From Paraspadella gotoi (Eukaryota > Animalia > Chaetognatha), in the NCBI GenBank assembly GCA_051294375.1, contig CM119263.1, forward strand, positions 28,257,634 to 28,316,163: DNA of 58,530 nucleotides. Reading direction: 5' to 3'. Numbering within the stretch: position 1 is the first letter of the stretch; each line of letters starts with the position of its first letter. This document shows, one piece after another, positions 36,925 to 47,500 of the stretch. The position numbers and the translations under genes were made by a program. The notes under the pieces are model-generated. The model was not told where the DNA came from. It saw nothing but the letters and a program-made list of their open reading frames with translations, and did no database searches.

Positions 36925-39900
36925 ATGAAAACAATCTCGTCAAACGAAATGTCGTCTTTCATTCATCGCGCGTGGATGATCGTCGGTTTATTGATTCTCG
37001 TCACCTCGACTTCATCGAATCGACAAGCGAGAGATTTTCCCGACATCTTCGATCACGATCCTTACACCTTCGAAGCCGGCGTCTACATCATCACGCAAAA
37101 GGCGCTCGACGAGGCTCCCTACAGATACGCCAACTTTCTGCAAAAAATTCTGAGAAGGATGGAGAAGCAGAGAATGCCTCAGAAACAAGATAAAGACAAT
37201 TGCGATATTCATTACAAAGTGACTCCAGCGGCGGAAAATTCCCACTTGAATCTCGTTCAAGATTCTTTGGAAATCCTTCTCAATCACAAACACGAAACGA
37301 TTTCGATCTCCGCAGAACTCACGGTCTCGATTCCCGCGCGAGTTTGGATTTGGAATTATCTCAATTTTCTAAATCTGTGGTGCATGTATTTGTGGACGAT
37401 ATGCGGAGGAGATGTGGTTTACTACAACGCCCGCCTGAGAATTCATACGGAATTCCAAGTTAACTGGCACAAAGGCTCGAGAGAGGTTCAGATTCGTGTC
37501 CTTCCCATCCAACTTGAAACGAAAGAGGGACCGGATGTGACGGGATGTAAACCACCGTGGTTCGTTAAACTCTTTAGCAGTTGGCAAAAAATCTTAAATA
37601 ATAATGTGCAGACAACTATAGAAATAATGGCACAAGATTTTCAAAAAACATTAAACATTCCACAAACATTTTCGCCTGTCAAAAATGCATTTGTAAAATA
37701 TACAATTTCGGATTTCAAATGGCATGAGGGTTATATAGTAATACAAGCAGAAGGAACCTTTACTGCGACGATCGATGCCCAAAATATAACGTTTAAACCT
37801 CAGGCATCAGCCAAAAGAATAGGAATCCCAAGTGACTCCTGGTCATTTCAGAGTGAAAATGATCCTAATTCCCATCTTCTTCAAGGAACTAGAATATCAA
37901 GCACTCTACTTACCTCATTGATGTGGTTTGCTGATGCGAGCAAGGAAACTGATTATCATGGAAATACCACCATTTTAGACTCATGGATTAATACCACAAT
38001 TTTTTATAAACCACCTATTGTCGGTATACCCCATGACATGTTCTTGAATGTAAGTATACTAGAAGGCATCATAAAAGCAGATTGTACTCCTCAAACTCAG
38101 GCGAATACTTGGCACATTCCAGAAAGAAAAACTTTATTTGAAGCAGCTTTTTTTAATTTAACTGGGAATGGTACTGTACAATATAAAGTTTCTAATGATA
38201 GCAAGCCAGGAATAATTTTACAAGTGGAAGATTTTGATCTTTCTACCCTTGTTACAAAGCCTTTCAAGCCTCGCATACCTTTGCCAGAAAATTTACAAAG
38301 TGAAATTATGAAAGCATTGATAAGTGAAATGAGACCTGTTATGAATGCTTATTTAGAGACAAAAGCTATTATTCTTCCAAAAAATTTGGCGCCATTTTTA
38401 GCTCATCCAGAAATTCAATTGTTTCACACAAAATCACAAGAAGAAACATCTCATGGTTATGTATCACTGATGAGTTACTGCACTTGTCCACAAGTAATGA
38501 ATAATAAGAAACATACTCTTACACTGTGCTCTAAAAAATCAAAGGTATGCAGGGAAAATCATTTTTTCGAGGACATGTCGTCAGAAGCTGAAAAACCTAC
38601 AACGGTCTATCCTGAGGCTCCCATTGTTCAAGAAGACTTTGGGGATAATTTAGAAGTTACATATTTTCAATCTAGTAATAAATGTAATATTTCCCAACAA
38701 GGCCAAATATCTTTTAAATATTTACTGCCATTTACAAATGGTATATGCTCCAGTATTGCCGATGATAAGCAAAGTTTTTATTCATTTGATGGTCTGCGAC
38801 TACAGTTTAAATGCTTTGATGCATTCTGTCTCAGATGTGAGTTCGACATTTCAGACATTTTTGTTACCACTTGCCACGCCTTTCTTAATTCTTCAATTCA
38901 CATAGGCGAAGTTTGTAGCCAAGAAAACAATTTGCTGGGAGGTAAATCTGAAGATACATTCATTCTTGAGCAGTATCTAAATGAAAATTGTAATGTATCT
39001 AATGATCAACAAACACCTCATTTGCTAGTACTTCATACCAGCCTTGGAAGGGCTGAAGGAAAGTGCATTGAAGCCTCTGACACTATGTTTTATAAGATAG
39101 AAGAAGCCTCTGAAGGAAAATATGATATTAGGTATGGTTGCCAATCCCAAGATTGCAAAAAATGCAATTGGCATGGAGATAATGTAAATCCAAATTTGTG
39201 CTCTGAATTACCACGACAGTTGAGCATAAAACTTTCTTCATTAAAAAAAATTAAAAAATGTGACAATCATTATTCTTTACCACAAAATGCTCATATTATC
39301 GGCATAAGTTGTGCCAGTGTTATATTTATCTTTATTGTAATAGTAGGCCTAATATTTCGTTATCGTAATACCTTTAAAATATGTCTTCAATTCCAGAAAT
39401 CAAAGTTTTTAAGTTACTGTGAGAATTCCAAGCAAGCTTTCTTAATTTTAACTGAAGCTGTGAAGCACAAAATTAAAAAAATTCTCTTAAATTTAAAGTT
39501 AAATTTAGGTTTTAGAATATATAAAAACAGACCATGTAAAAGTTGGCTGTTGCAAAAAGGTGGTTTGGATGAAATACTGCAGTGCATCCTCTTAATTTTG
39601 TGTGGAATAGTTGGCATTCATTTTTCTTTACTGTGGAAGAGCAAGGACAATCCATTATCTCTTTTTAATAATAAAACATTTGATCAACTTGGACTTCCAA
39701 CTGAATACTTTGATTATTCCCCAATGGAAAAATTTTTTAATAGTGCCCGAGAATGGTCTTTCCATGGTTTATTCTCATCTCTTTGTTTTTTCTATGTCAT
39801 TATTTGGAATTTAACTCTCTGTGGTTCTTCAAAAGTTTGGAAAATAATTTGGTTAACAGCGCCAATTTTTTGCATAGTAGGTGCTTTAATGGCAGTTATT

Positions 39901-42396
39901 TTACCATCAGTTTTTAAAAGTTTTTCAGGATTAGTTCATTTACGTCGCAGTAATGAAACCTTTATCACTAAAAACTCTAAAGCTTATGATTTTACAAATA
40001 GTATGGTACAAAATGCTGTCAGTGGATTAGCTCAATCAGCTGTATCTTATATTTGGATTATGGTCTTGCAAGGACTTGGTGGTGGACTGTACTGTGGTTC
40101 TTTACTGTATCAACTAATTTTTACTTTTGGTGAAAAAAAATCTGAATTAAGATCAGTTCTTCGCATTTTACACAATTTCATTGCAGTGGCTTCTTTAATT
40201 CAGCCATTTATTTGCCTACATCCCGTAATCATATGGAGCCAAACTAAGGATAGTGATACACATATTCATTTTTTGCCATTGAATATTGCAATTTGGCTTT
40301 TGATAATGCTTACAAAATCATTATGTGTTTTTCTATGTGACCTTTTCAAAACATATTCACCCTTTAAACACAAGCACATTGATTATGGATGCCTCATTAT
40401 GGAATCAGTTATCTTCCTGGGAATTTATGGCTTTTTAATGACCCTATTTGTACAGTACTCTGACAACTTCAACCGATTTGCTGTTATTGCAATCATATCA
40501 ATTTTTGTATGGGGTTTTACATTAACTTTTATCTTGTTGTCAATTATGTCCGAGCACAATCACTGTGATGTCAGTACACCTAAAATGGAATCAAATGAAG
40601 ACAATCAGTTCAGAATTATAATATTAATAACTAAATGTAAGGACACTATTGTAGGATTTGTCAAAACTAAACTTTTTTTTGCTTACCAGCTGTTTGTATT
40701 TATTTTTGAAAGAAAAGAGTATAATATGCCCAATATTTATGGATGGCGCATCGCTGGAAGACGTTTCTTTCTCATAGTCGGTTCCAGCTGTTTTACTTAT
40801 GAAGTTGCAAATCTTTACATAGAAACCTCCAATTTTAATGCAAAAAAAGAAATTGAATCTTTACTTCATCAAACGGGATACCATTTGTCTTGGCCAGACA
40901 ATGATACCATATTTTCTGGCTCTTTCAAAAAATTAAATAATGCAAAACGAAACCAGGCATGGACACTTTTATCATCAGTGTGCTTTTTCTGGTTTGCCTT
41001 AATCATGGATATTTTCCCAGTTCTGTGGTACAAAAATAGTTTGTCATCAAGACTGTACATGACAAGGTGGTTAACAGCAAGTCGAATATTTTGTTGTACA
41101 GGTGGTATACTGATTTTCTCTTCAGTTATTGTGTTGGCTTCTCCAGATTATCTGGGAGCAAGCAGCTTACAAGACATATGCCCAGACTGTGGTATTCGTT
41201 TTAATAAAGCTGTTTTTAGATTGGCAGAATTTATTATAGGACTATTTTTTGCTGGCATTTTTACTGCTCAGTTACTTCCAATTTTAATTACCATTTCTCC
41301 AGCTTTAGTTCGAGCATCTGTTCTTATGCTTTTACATCCCTCACTTCATGAAGAACAAGATTGTGCTGAAAATACACAAGTAAACAAAGAAAACTTTTTG
41401 TTACAGTCCCTATCACCTAAAGCTAAATCTACACCATCAAAAGTTGCTCTGCTGGACCAGTCAACTAATACTGAAGAACTAGGAGTAAATACTATGAGTG
41501 AAAATTCTAAAGATAGAATGAGAATAGTTCTTGAAGAAATGTTTCGAACAGAGGCACTGCAAGCAAAAGAAAATTCTGTGTCACAAAATCTTGAAAGTAA
41601 GGATGAACCGAGAGATATATCTAGTCATTTAAATAAGCCACCTTTACCTGTGAAACGACCTGGCAAGGTGCAACGACCAAAACCTCCTGTGCCTCCACGG
41701 AGAAAGAAAACTAAACAGTTTAACAATGACAAAGGGAGACTTCTAAGCCCTGCTAATTCACCTAACAAACTTTCTGACTCAAACTTACAAAATACAACTG
41801 AAAAAAATATTTCAGGAGAAAACATTGATCTGCAAACTGCTTTATCTCAAGAGGTTATAGTTGTAAGTAAAAACGACCAGCAAATGACTGGAGTTAATCC
41901 AGTTTCTTTAAGACCAGATGACAAACAAATACCACAAAAACCTTCTAAGAGTGGATTTTATGTAAAACCAGAAACTTTGTTTTTAACAAAGCTAAGAGTG
42001 AGTATTTTGAGAAACTTAATATTTTGGTCCAGTGTAGTTGCGATACCTATAACTTTTCTTTCTATGTCTGTTGTTTTTCAATTTCAAAATGACCTAACAA
42101 CTAAATTATTAATCTTAGCATTTTGGTTGGTACCAATTTTAATTATTAGTGTTGGTTTATTTTTTACTCGAATCAAAGTAAAAAACATGAGTATTCTTTG
42201 GTATTACTACAGTTTATACACTATTAGCTTTTTTGGGTTATTTATTTCATTAGTAATTCATGTACTGGTTTCCCATGGAAAGATTGATTTACTGACTGAA
42301 TATATAAAAAAATCAAGTTTTTGGTGTGAGATGCTTTCTGAAGTCTTTCTTTGTAATGTTGTTATTTCTGATTTAATATACTCCTCATTGTTTTAA
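36925..42396 (+). CDS. Large single-exon membrane protein: signal peptide, BPI/LBP-like (TULIP) ectodomain, Cys-rich repeats, ~17 TM segments (1 + 8 + 8)
   Basis: Uninterrupted 5.47-kb ORF; ATG at 36925 or 36949; signal-like WMIVGLLILVTSTSS. GVYIITQKALDEA and RPVMNAYLETKAIILP...HPEIQLFH...GYVSL resemble the BPI N- and C-terminal signatures. Internal duplication LFSSLCFFY/LLSSVCFFW and WLTAPIFC/WLTASRIFC. The ORF is solid; domain calls are by eye. Confidence 0.85.
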   Translation: MKTISSNEMSSFIHRAWMIVGLLILVTSTSSNRQARDFPDIFDHDPYTFEAGVYIITQKALDEAPYRYANFLQKILRRMEKQRMPQKQDKDNCDIHYKVTPAAENSHLNLVQDSLEILLNHKHETISISAELTVSIPARVWIWNYLNFLNLWCMYLWTICGGDVVYYNARLRIHTEFQVNWHKGSREVQIRVLPIQLETKEGPDVTGCKPPWFVKLFSSWQKILNNNVQTTIEIMAQDFQKTLNIPQTFSPVKNAFVKYTISDFKWHEGYIVIQAEGTFTATIDAQNITFKPQASAKRIGIPSDSWSFQSENDPNSHLLQGTRISSTLLTSLMWFADASKETDYHGNTTILDSWINTTIFYKPPIVGIPHDMFLNVSILEGIIKADCTPQTQANTWHIPERKTLFEAAFFNLTGNGTVQYKVSNDSKPGIILQVEDFDLSTLVTKPFKPRIPLPENLQSEIMKALISEMRPVMNAYLETKAIILPKNLAPFLAHPEIQLFHTKSQEETSHGYVSLMSYCTCPQVMNNKKHTLTLCSKKSKVCRENHFFEDMSSEAEKPTTVYPEAPIVQEDFGDNLEVTYFQSSNKCNISQQGQISFKYLLPFTNGICSSIADDKQSFYSFDGLRLQFKCFDAFCLRCEFDISDIFVTTCHAFLNSSIHIGEVCSQENNLLGGKSEDTFILEQYLNENCNVSNDQQTPHLLVLHTSLGRAEGKCIEASDTMFYKIEEASEGKYDIRYGCQSQDCKKCNWHGDNVNPNLCSELPRQLSIKLSSLKKIKKCDNHYSLPQNAHIIGISCASVIFIFIVIVGLIFRYRNTFKICLQFQKSKFLSYCENSKQAFLILTEAVKHKIKKILLNLKLNLGFRIYKNRPCKSWLLQKGGLDEILQCILLILCGIVGIHFSLLWKSKDNPLSLFNNKTFDQLGLPTEYFDYSPMEKFFNSAREWSFHGLFSSLCFFYVIIWNLTLCGSSKVWKIIWLTAPIFCIVGALMAVILPSVFKSFSGLVHLRRSNETFITKNSKAYDFTNSMVQNAVSGLAQSAVSYIWIMVLQGLGGGLYCGSLLYQLIFTFGEKKSELRSVLRILHNFIAVASLIQPFICLHPVIIWSQTKDSDTHIHFLPLNIAIWLLIMLTKSLCVFLCDLFKTYSPFKHKHIDYGCLIMESVIFLGIYGFLMTLFVQYSDNFNRFAVIAIISIFVWGFTLTFILLSIMSEHNHCDVSTPKMESNEDNQFRIIILITKCKDTIVGFVKTKLFFAYQLFVFIFERKEYNMPNIYGWRIAGRRFFLIVGSSCFTYEVANLYIETSNFNAKKEIESLLHQTGYHLSWPDNDTIFSGSFKKLNNAKRNQAWTLLSSVCFFWFALIMDIFPVLWYKNSLSSRLYMTRWLTASRIFCCTGGILIFSSVIVLASPDYLGASSLQDICPDCGIRFNKAVFRLAEFIIGLFFAGIFTAQLLPILITISPALVRASVLMLLHPSLHEEQDCAENTQVNKENFLLQSLSPKAKSTPSKVALLDQSTNTEELGVNTMSENSKDRMRIVLEEMFRTEALQAKENSVSQNLESKDEPRDISSHLNKPPLPVKRPGKVQRPKPPVPPRRKKTKQFNNDKGRLLSPANSPNKLSDSNLQNTTEKNISGENIDLQTALSQEVIVVSKNDQQMTGVNPVSLRPDDKQIPQKPSKSGFYVKPETLFLTKLRVSILRNLIFWSSVVAIPITFLSMSVVFQFQNDLTTKLLILAFWLVPILIISVGLFFTRIKVKNMSILWYYYSLYTISFFGLFISLVIHVLVSHGKIDLLTEYIKKSSFWCEMLSEVFLCNVVISDLIYSSLF

Positions 42397-43006
42397 ATTT
42401 AAATACCAATTTTCCGAAAATAGCTATATGATAGGTATAAATTGTGATGTCTGATGGTTCTTCAATTCCATTTTCAAATGTCAATATTCTTGTGATTTTT
42501 TATTCTGTGATATTGATTCTGATTTGTTGAGCTCAAATCTGTTTTCCTTTCATTTGTCTTTCAGTTATTATCAAAGCATGAATTTGAATTTGCTTATAGT
42601 CATTTGAGTAATTAAAAGATATGAATGAAACTTTTATTTTCATTTTATTTCATAGAAAAAACAGACTGTTCAGTTCAATTAGTTATAATAAAAAGATTAG
42701 CTTGTTATTCACTGTGTAAAATTCTTATTCATAGTATGTGTACTTTAAAATGCGGTTTCCAAAAATAATATCCCACGAAAAAAAAGACTTCAAGAGGAAC
42801 AATCTTGCTATTAGCTTTAAAAAAATTTATTAAATACCTATTTGGGACAAAAGAATGTGTATGTTTCTAAAATATAACTATATTGCTAACAGAGATAGAC
42901 GGAGATAGTGCAAGGCGGGAGAAATAGATAAAAAACCTGTGGTCTCCTGTTACTAGTTTTCAGGTATTACTTGAAATACTACAACATTTAATTGGTATCT
43001 TTGCTC

Positions 43007-43220
43007 TGGAGTTTTGGGCCTTATTTTCCCAGAACGCCCTATTCCATCTTAAATGTAAAATTAAGTTAAATTTTAAACTTAAAGATTAGTTTACTGATTA
43101 GGGTTAGGAATTATGGTTCGGGACTCGGGTTTAAGGTTATGGCTTAGGGTTAGAAATTAGGGATAAGGGGTTAGGGTTTAGAATTAGGTTAGCGTTTGGG
43201 ATTTCAGTTAAGAGTTGGGT
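43007..43220 (+). mobile_element. TIR element copy with degenerate TTAGGG array
   Basis: Head TGGAGTTTTGGGCCTTATTTTCCCAGAACGCCCTATTCC followed by TTAGGG/TTAGG repeats at 43098-43220. Confidence 0.55.
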
Positions 43221-43930
43221 TCCTTAATACAAAAATATGTTCAAGCTAAATACCATATTAGAAAATGAATAAGTTGCCAAAACTTTATCTAGTTTTAATA
43301 ACTTTTTTTAGGTTTTAATTTTAAGATAAAAAAATAATGTATATATATATGTATAAATAAGCTTTTTTGATTCAAATGAACCTGTTTCTTGTTTAAAAAT
43401 ACTAGTTATAAAAGTAAAGAGGTAAAAATAATAATTAGTAAATGTTTATTAACATAATATAGCTTTATATTAAAATCAAATTAAAACCCCAAAAGGTTAT
43501 ATTAATGTATTAAAAAATATTGTCATATTATGATAAATGATTGTTTTTTTACAATTGTCCAAAACATTTAAAAGGCCTCGTTTTTTTAAACATCCTTTTC
43601 ATTTAATCCTCACACCTGTGTCCTCGATCACATTTTACTAAACAATAGCTCATTCAAATCATAAAACAATTTTTTTTCAGATATATCATTTTTTACCACA
43701 ATTTCAATACTAAAAGGTTTAAAAGTTGGGAAAAAGTTTTTGGTGACTTTTTTATTTTCCAAGATGGTAAAAATTAAATTTCGAGATAAAGGAAATAGGG
43801 TGATCTTTGAAAAGAGTATGTATGTTTGAGTTTGAATGTATGTATGTATGAGGTTGTATGTATTTTTGTTGTTGTATTGTATCTCGGAAATTTTTGTATA
43901 TATTTCTTTTCAAATACTAATTTCTTTTAG

Positions 43931-44159
43931 TGGCCAAACATTTTGGATTCTGGAGCTGAAGATGACACAAATGAAGATCATCACAAGACGGCTGCAGGTG
44001 ATCAATACCTTGCACTCAAAAAAAGAGGCCGTTATCAAACTATGTGTTTCAACGCCAGAACAAGAAAGCCATTTGTTTGTTGGGTAAGAAGTTTTGAATC
44101 CTAAGTAAACCGGAGGATACATAAACTTCAAAAATTTTTTTTTTCAGAAATCGTATTAA
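43931..44159 (+). CDS. 3' exons of a putative neuropeptide/peptide-hormone precursor; exons 43931-44083 and 44148-44159
   Basis: tttcttttag|...TGG|gtaaga and ttttcag|AAA TCG TAT TAA give WPNILDSGAEDDTNEDHHKTAAGDQYLAL-KKR-GRYQTMCFNARTRKPFVCWKSY*: acidic spacer, basic cleavage site, two-Cys peptide. The signal-peptide exon was not located. Confidence 0.7.
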
Positions 44160-44568
44160 AGAAGCTGTCCTAAACTTCCTTGACAACAAGATCTGGAATT
44201 ATCAAAACACCTTTCGATATTCACTTCATAGTTTTACCTCATGATTAAATGTTATGCTTCTATCCAACACTTAACTTTTATTAAAAAAACTTTCACTAAT
44301 CCCCTATTCAAAATTGTTTTTATTCTTATGTAAATGTTTTTTCACAAAGGAATTTCAATTTGTTATTAACACCTTTTATTATTAGTTACTCTATAGTATA
44401 AAAACTAAGGAGATAATCACAATAAAATGATAACTATTGTGCATGAATTTTCTGTAAGGCATCCGACAAAATTAAAAATTTCAGTAAAAATCATTTGAAC
44501 AACTTTTAATTTTAAAAATCATTACAATTCAAGAAAAGGCATATAGTTGGGAAAGCATAATCAAAATT

Positions 44569-47500
44569 CTATGATAATGACTGTCCAATTAGTTTTGGTA
44601 ATTGTTCTGTTAAAAACACAAACAAGAGATTTTCAACTAAGTCTCTATTTGCTACCAACCACTTTTGAGCTTCAACTAAAGCATCATGACCCAATTTTTT
44701 AAGAAGTTCTATAGTTGCAAGCCCAACTTGTTCTGCCAGAACTTTAGCATCTTTAAAAATTAGTTTGGCTTTTTCAGCAATTTTTGGCATTATATCACTT
44801 AAAATGATATTAACCTTAGTCTTAACTGGTGCCAAAATTGCATTTATTTTGTCTTTCAATTCATCAAACTCCTCTGATATCTTGTCGGCTAACTTCCTCC
44901 CTGTCTGCTTAACTTTTTCAACAGCATTGTCAATTTTTTCCCCTACCTTTTCCCAGAAATCATTCCACCCATAAACTGTTAAAGAATAGCTGGAAGTAAT
45001 TGATTTTTGAATAAGATTTGGAAGTTGTTCAGTAAGAAATTGAAATAAAAGTTTTTCCACTAGATCATGATTTTCTGACAGCCATTTCTGAGCCTCAATT
45101 AAGGCATCATGCCCTAATTTTTTCAAGATTTCCAGTGTAGCTGCTCCTACTTGTTTTGCAAGTTCCTTTGCATCATGAATTATTAATTTTGCTTTCTCAG
45201 CAATCTTTGGCATGATATCCTGAAGTATAATTCTTACTTTGGTTTTAATTGGTGCAATAATTTCATTAACCTTATCTTTTACATTTTCAAACTCTTCAGA
45301 TATTTTATCAGCTAACTTAGCACCTGCTTCTTTAACTTTGCTGACCGCGGTGTTTATAGATTTTTCAACTTTTTCCCAAAAGTCAGACCATTTATTATAT
45401 GTAATTAGGCTATACTCTGATGAGTTTAAATCTTGAATTAATTTTGGTATTTTTTCAGTCAAAAATTCAAACAGTAACTTTTCCACAACTTCATGGTTTT
45501 TTTCTAGCCATTTTTGGGCTTCCACTAAAGCATCATGACCAAGCTGTTTTACAAGGACTAATGTAGCTTCTCCAACTTGCTTTGCAAGCTCCTTTGCATC
45601 TTTAAAAATGAGCTTAGCTTTTTCTGCTATTTTTGGCATAATATCTTCCATTATTAATTTTACCTTTGCTTTAATAGGCGCAATCACTTCATTTACCTTA
45701 TTTTTAAATTTGTTAAACTCTTTATTAATCATGTCTGCAAATCTTTCTCCACTTTGTTTAACTTTTGTTACAGCATTGTCAATAGCTTTTCCTACTTTTT
45801 CCCAGAAATCCGTCCATCCATTGTAGGTTGTAAGATAGGAAGAGGAAATTGATTGGTTTATAAGTTCAGGTAGTTTTTCAGTCAGAAACTGGAAAAGGAG
45901 TTTTTCTACAAGTTCATGATTCTCCTCCAACCACTTCTTTGCTTCGACCAAAGCATCGTGACCTAACTTTTTCAAAAGCTCTAAGGTTGCTTCTCCAACT
46001 TGTTTCGCTAACTCCTTAGCATCATGAATTATCAGCTTAGCTTTTTCTGCTATTTTTGGCATAATTTCTTTAAGAATGATCTGAACTTTTGCCTTCACAG
46101 GGGCAATTATTGAATTTATTTTGTCTTTAAGTTTATCAAACTCCTCGGAAATTTTATCTGCCAATTTCTTACCTTTTTCCTTAACATCATTTATGGCATT
46201 TTCAATAGCGTTCCCTACTTTTTCCCAGAAATCAGTCCAGCCATTATAAGTGGATACATAGGAACTTGACATATCCTTTATTAGTTTTGGTAACTGCTCA
46301 GTGAGGAACTCAAACAACAGTTTTTCAACGTTTTCTCTATTTTTTTCCAACCATTTCTGAGCTTCAATCACAGCATCGTGTCCCAGCTGCTTTAACAATC
46401 CCAAAGTTGCCTCTCCAACTTGTTTGGCAAGTTCTTTGGCATCACGTATAATAACCCGGGCTTTGGCGGCAATAACAGGCATGACATCTCTAAGAATTAT
46501 TTGAACTTTTGTTTTGATGGGTGCAATAACTCCATTTATTTTATCCTTCACTTTGTTAAACTCCTCGACAATTTTATCTGCCAGTCGTTCTCCCGTTGCT
46601 TTAACCTTACTTACCGCATTATCAATTGCTTTCCCCACCTTTCCCCAAAAGTCGGTCCAACCATTGTATTTTGCAACGGAATAGTTTTGACTAATGGCCT
46701 TTTGAATGTACTTGGGCAATTCCTCAGTTAAAAATTCAAATAAAAGTTTTTCAACGAGCTCATGATTATTTTCCAGCCAAATTTTGGCTTCCAACAGCGC
46801 ATCGTGGCCCAGTTTTCTCAATATTTTTAGCAAAGCGGTTCCAACCTGTTTTGCTAATTCTTTTGCGTCGCTTATAACTATCTTTGCCTTTTCAGCGATC
46901 TTAGGGAGAACATTGCGTAACAGATCGTCAACTTTAGCCTTAATTGGCGTCACAATTGCACTAATGTGAGCTGCAATTTTGTCATACTGTTCGGAAATTG
47001 CGTCCGCAAATTTCTGCCCTGTCTTTTTTACTGCTTCGACTGCAGCTTCTATACCTTTGTTAACTTTAGTCCAAAAATCTGTCCAGAAGTTTGACATCGC
47101 CCTAATTGCGCTGCTGATTAGTTTTGGTAAAACCTCAACCAAAAACTCAAATAGCAGATGCTCGATTTCCTCATGATGTTCCTCAATCCATTTCTTGGCC
47201 GATATAAGAGCGTCGTGACCCAACTCCTTGATCATGTCAAGTGTAGCGCGACCAACCTCCTTGGCCCGCTCCTTTGCATCATGAATCACTTCCTTGGCTT
47301 TTTCTGCAAATTTTGGCATCACATCTTGAAGAATGACCCGCACCTTCTCCCCGATGGGAGCTACGATGCCATTGACCTTGGACGCGATCTTGTTGTATTG
47401 CTCTTTAATTTTGTCAGCCAAGCGACCACCAAAATTTTTAACATCTTTGATTGCCGTGTTGATTGCATTGCCAATTTTGCCAAAAAAGTCCTTCAATGCA

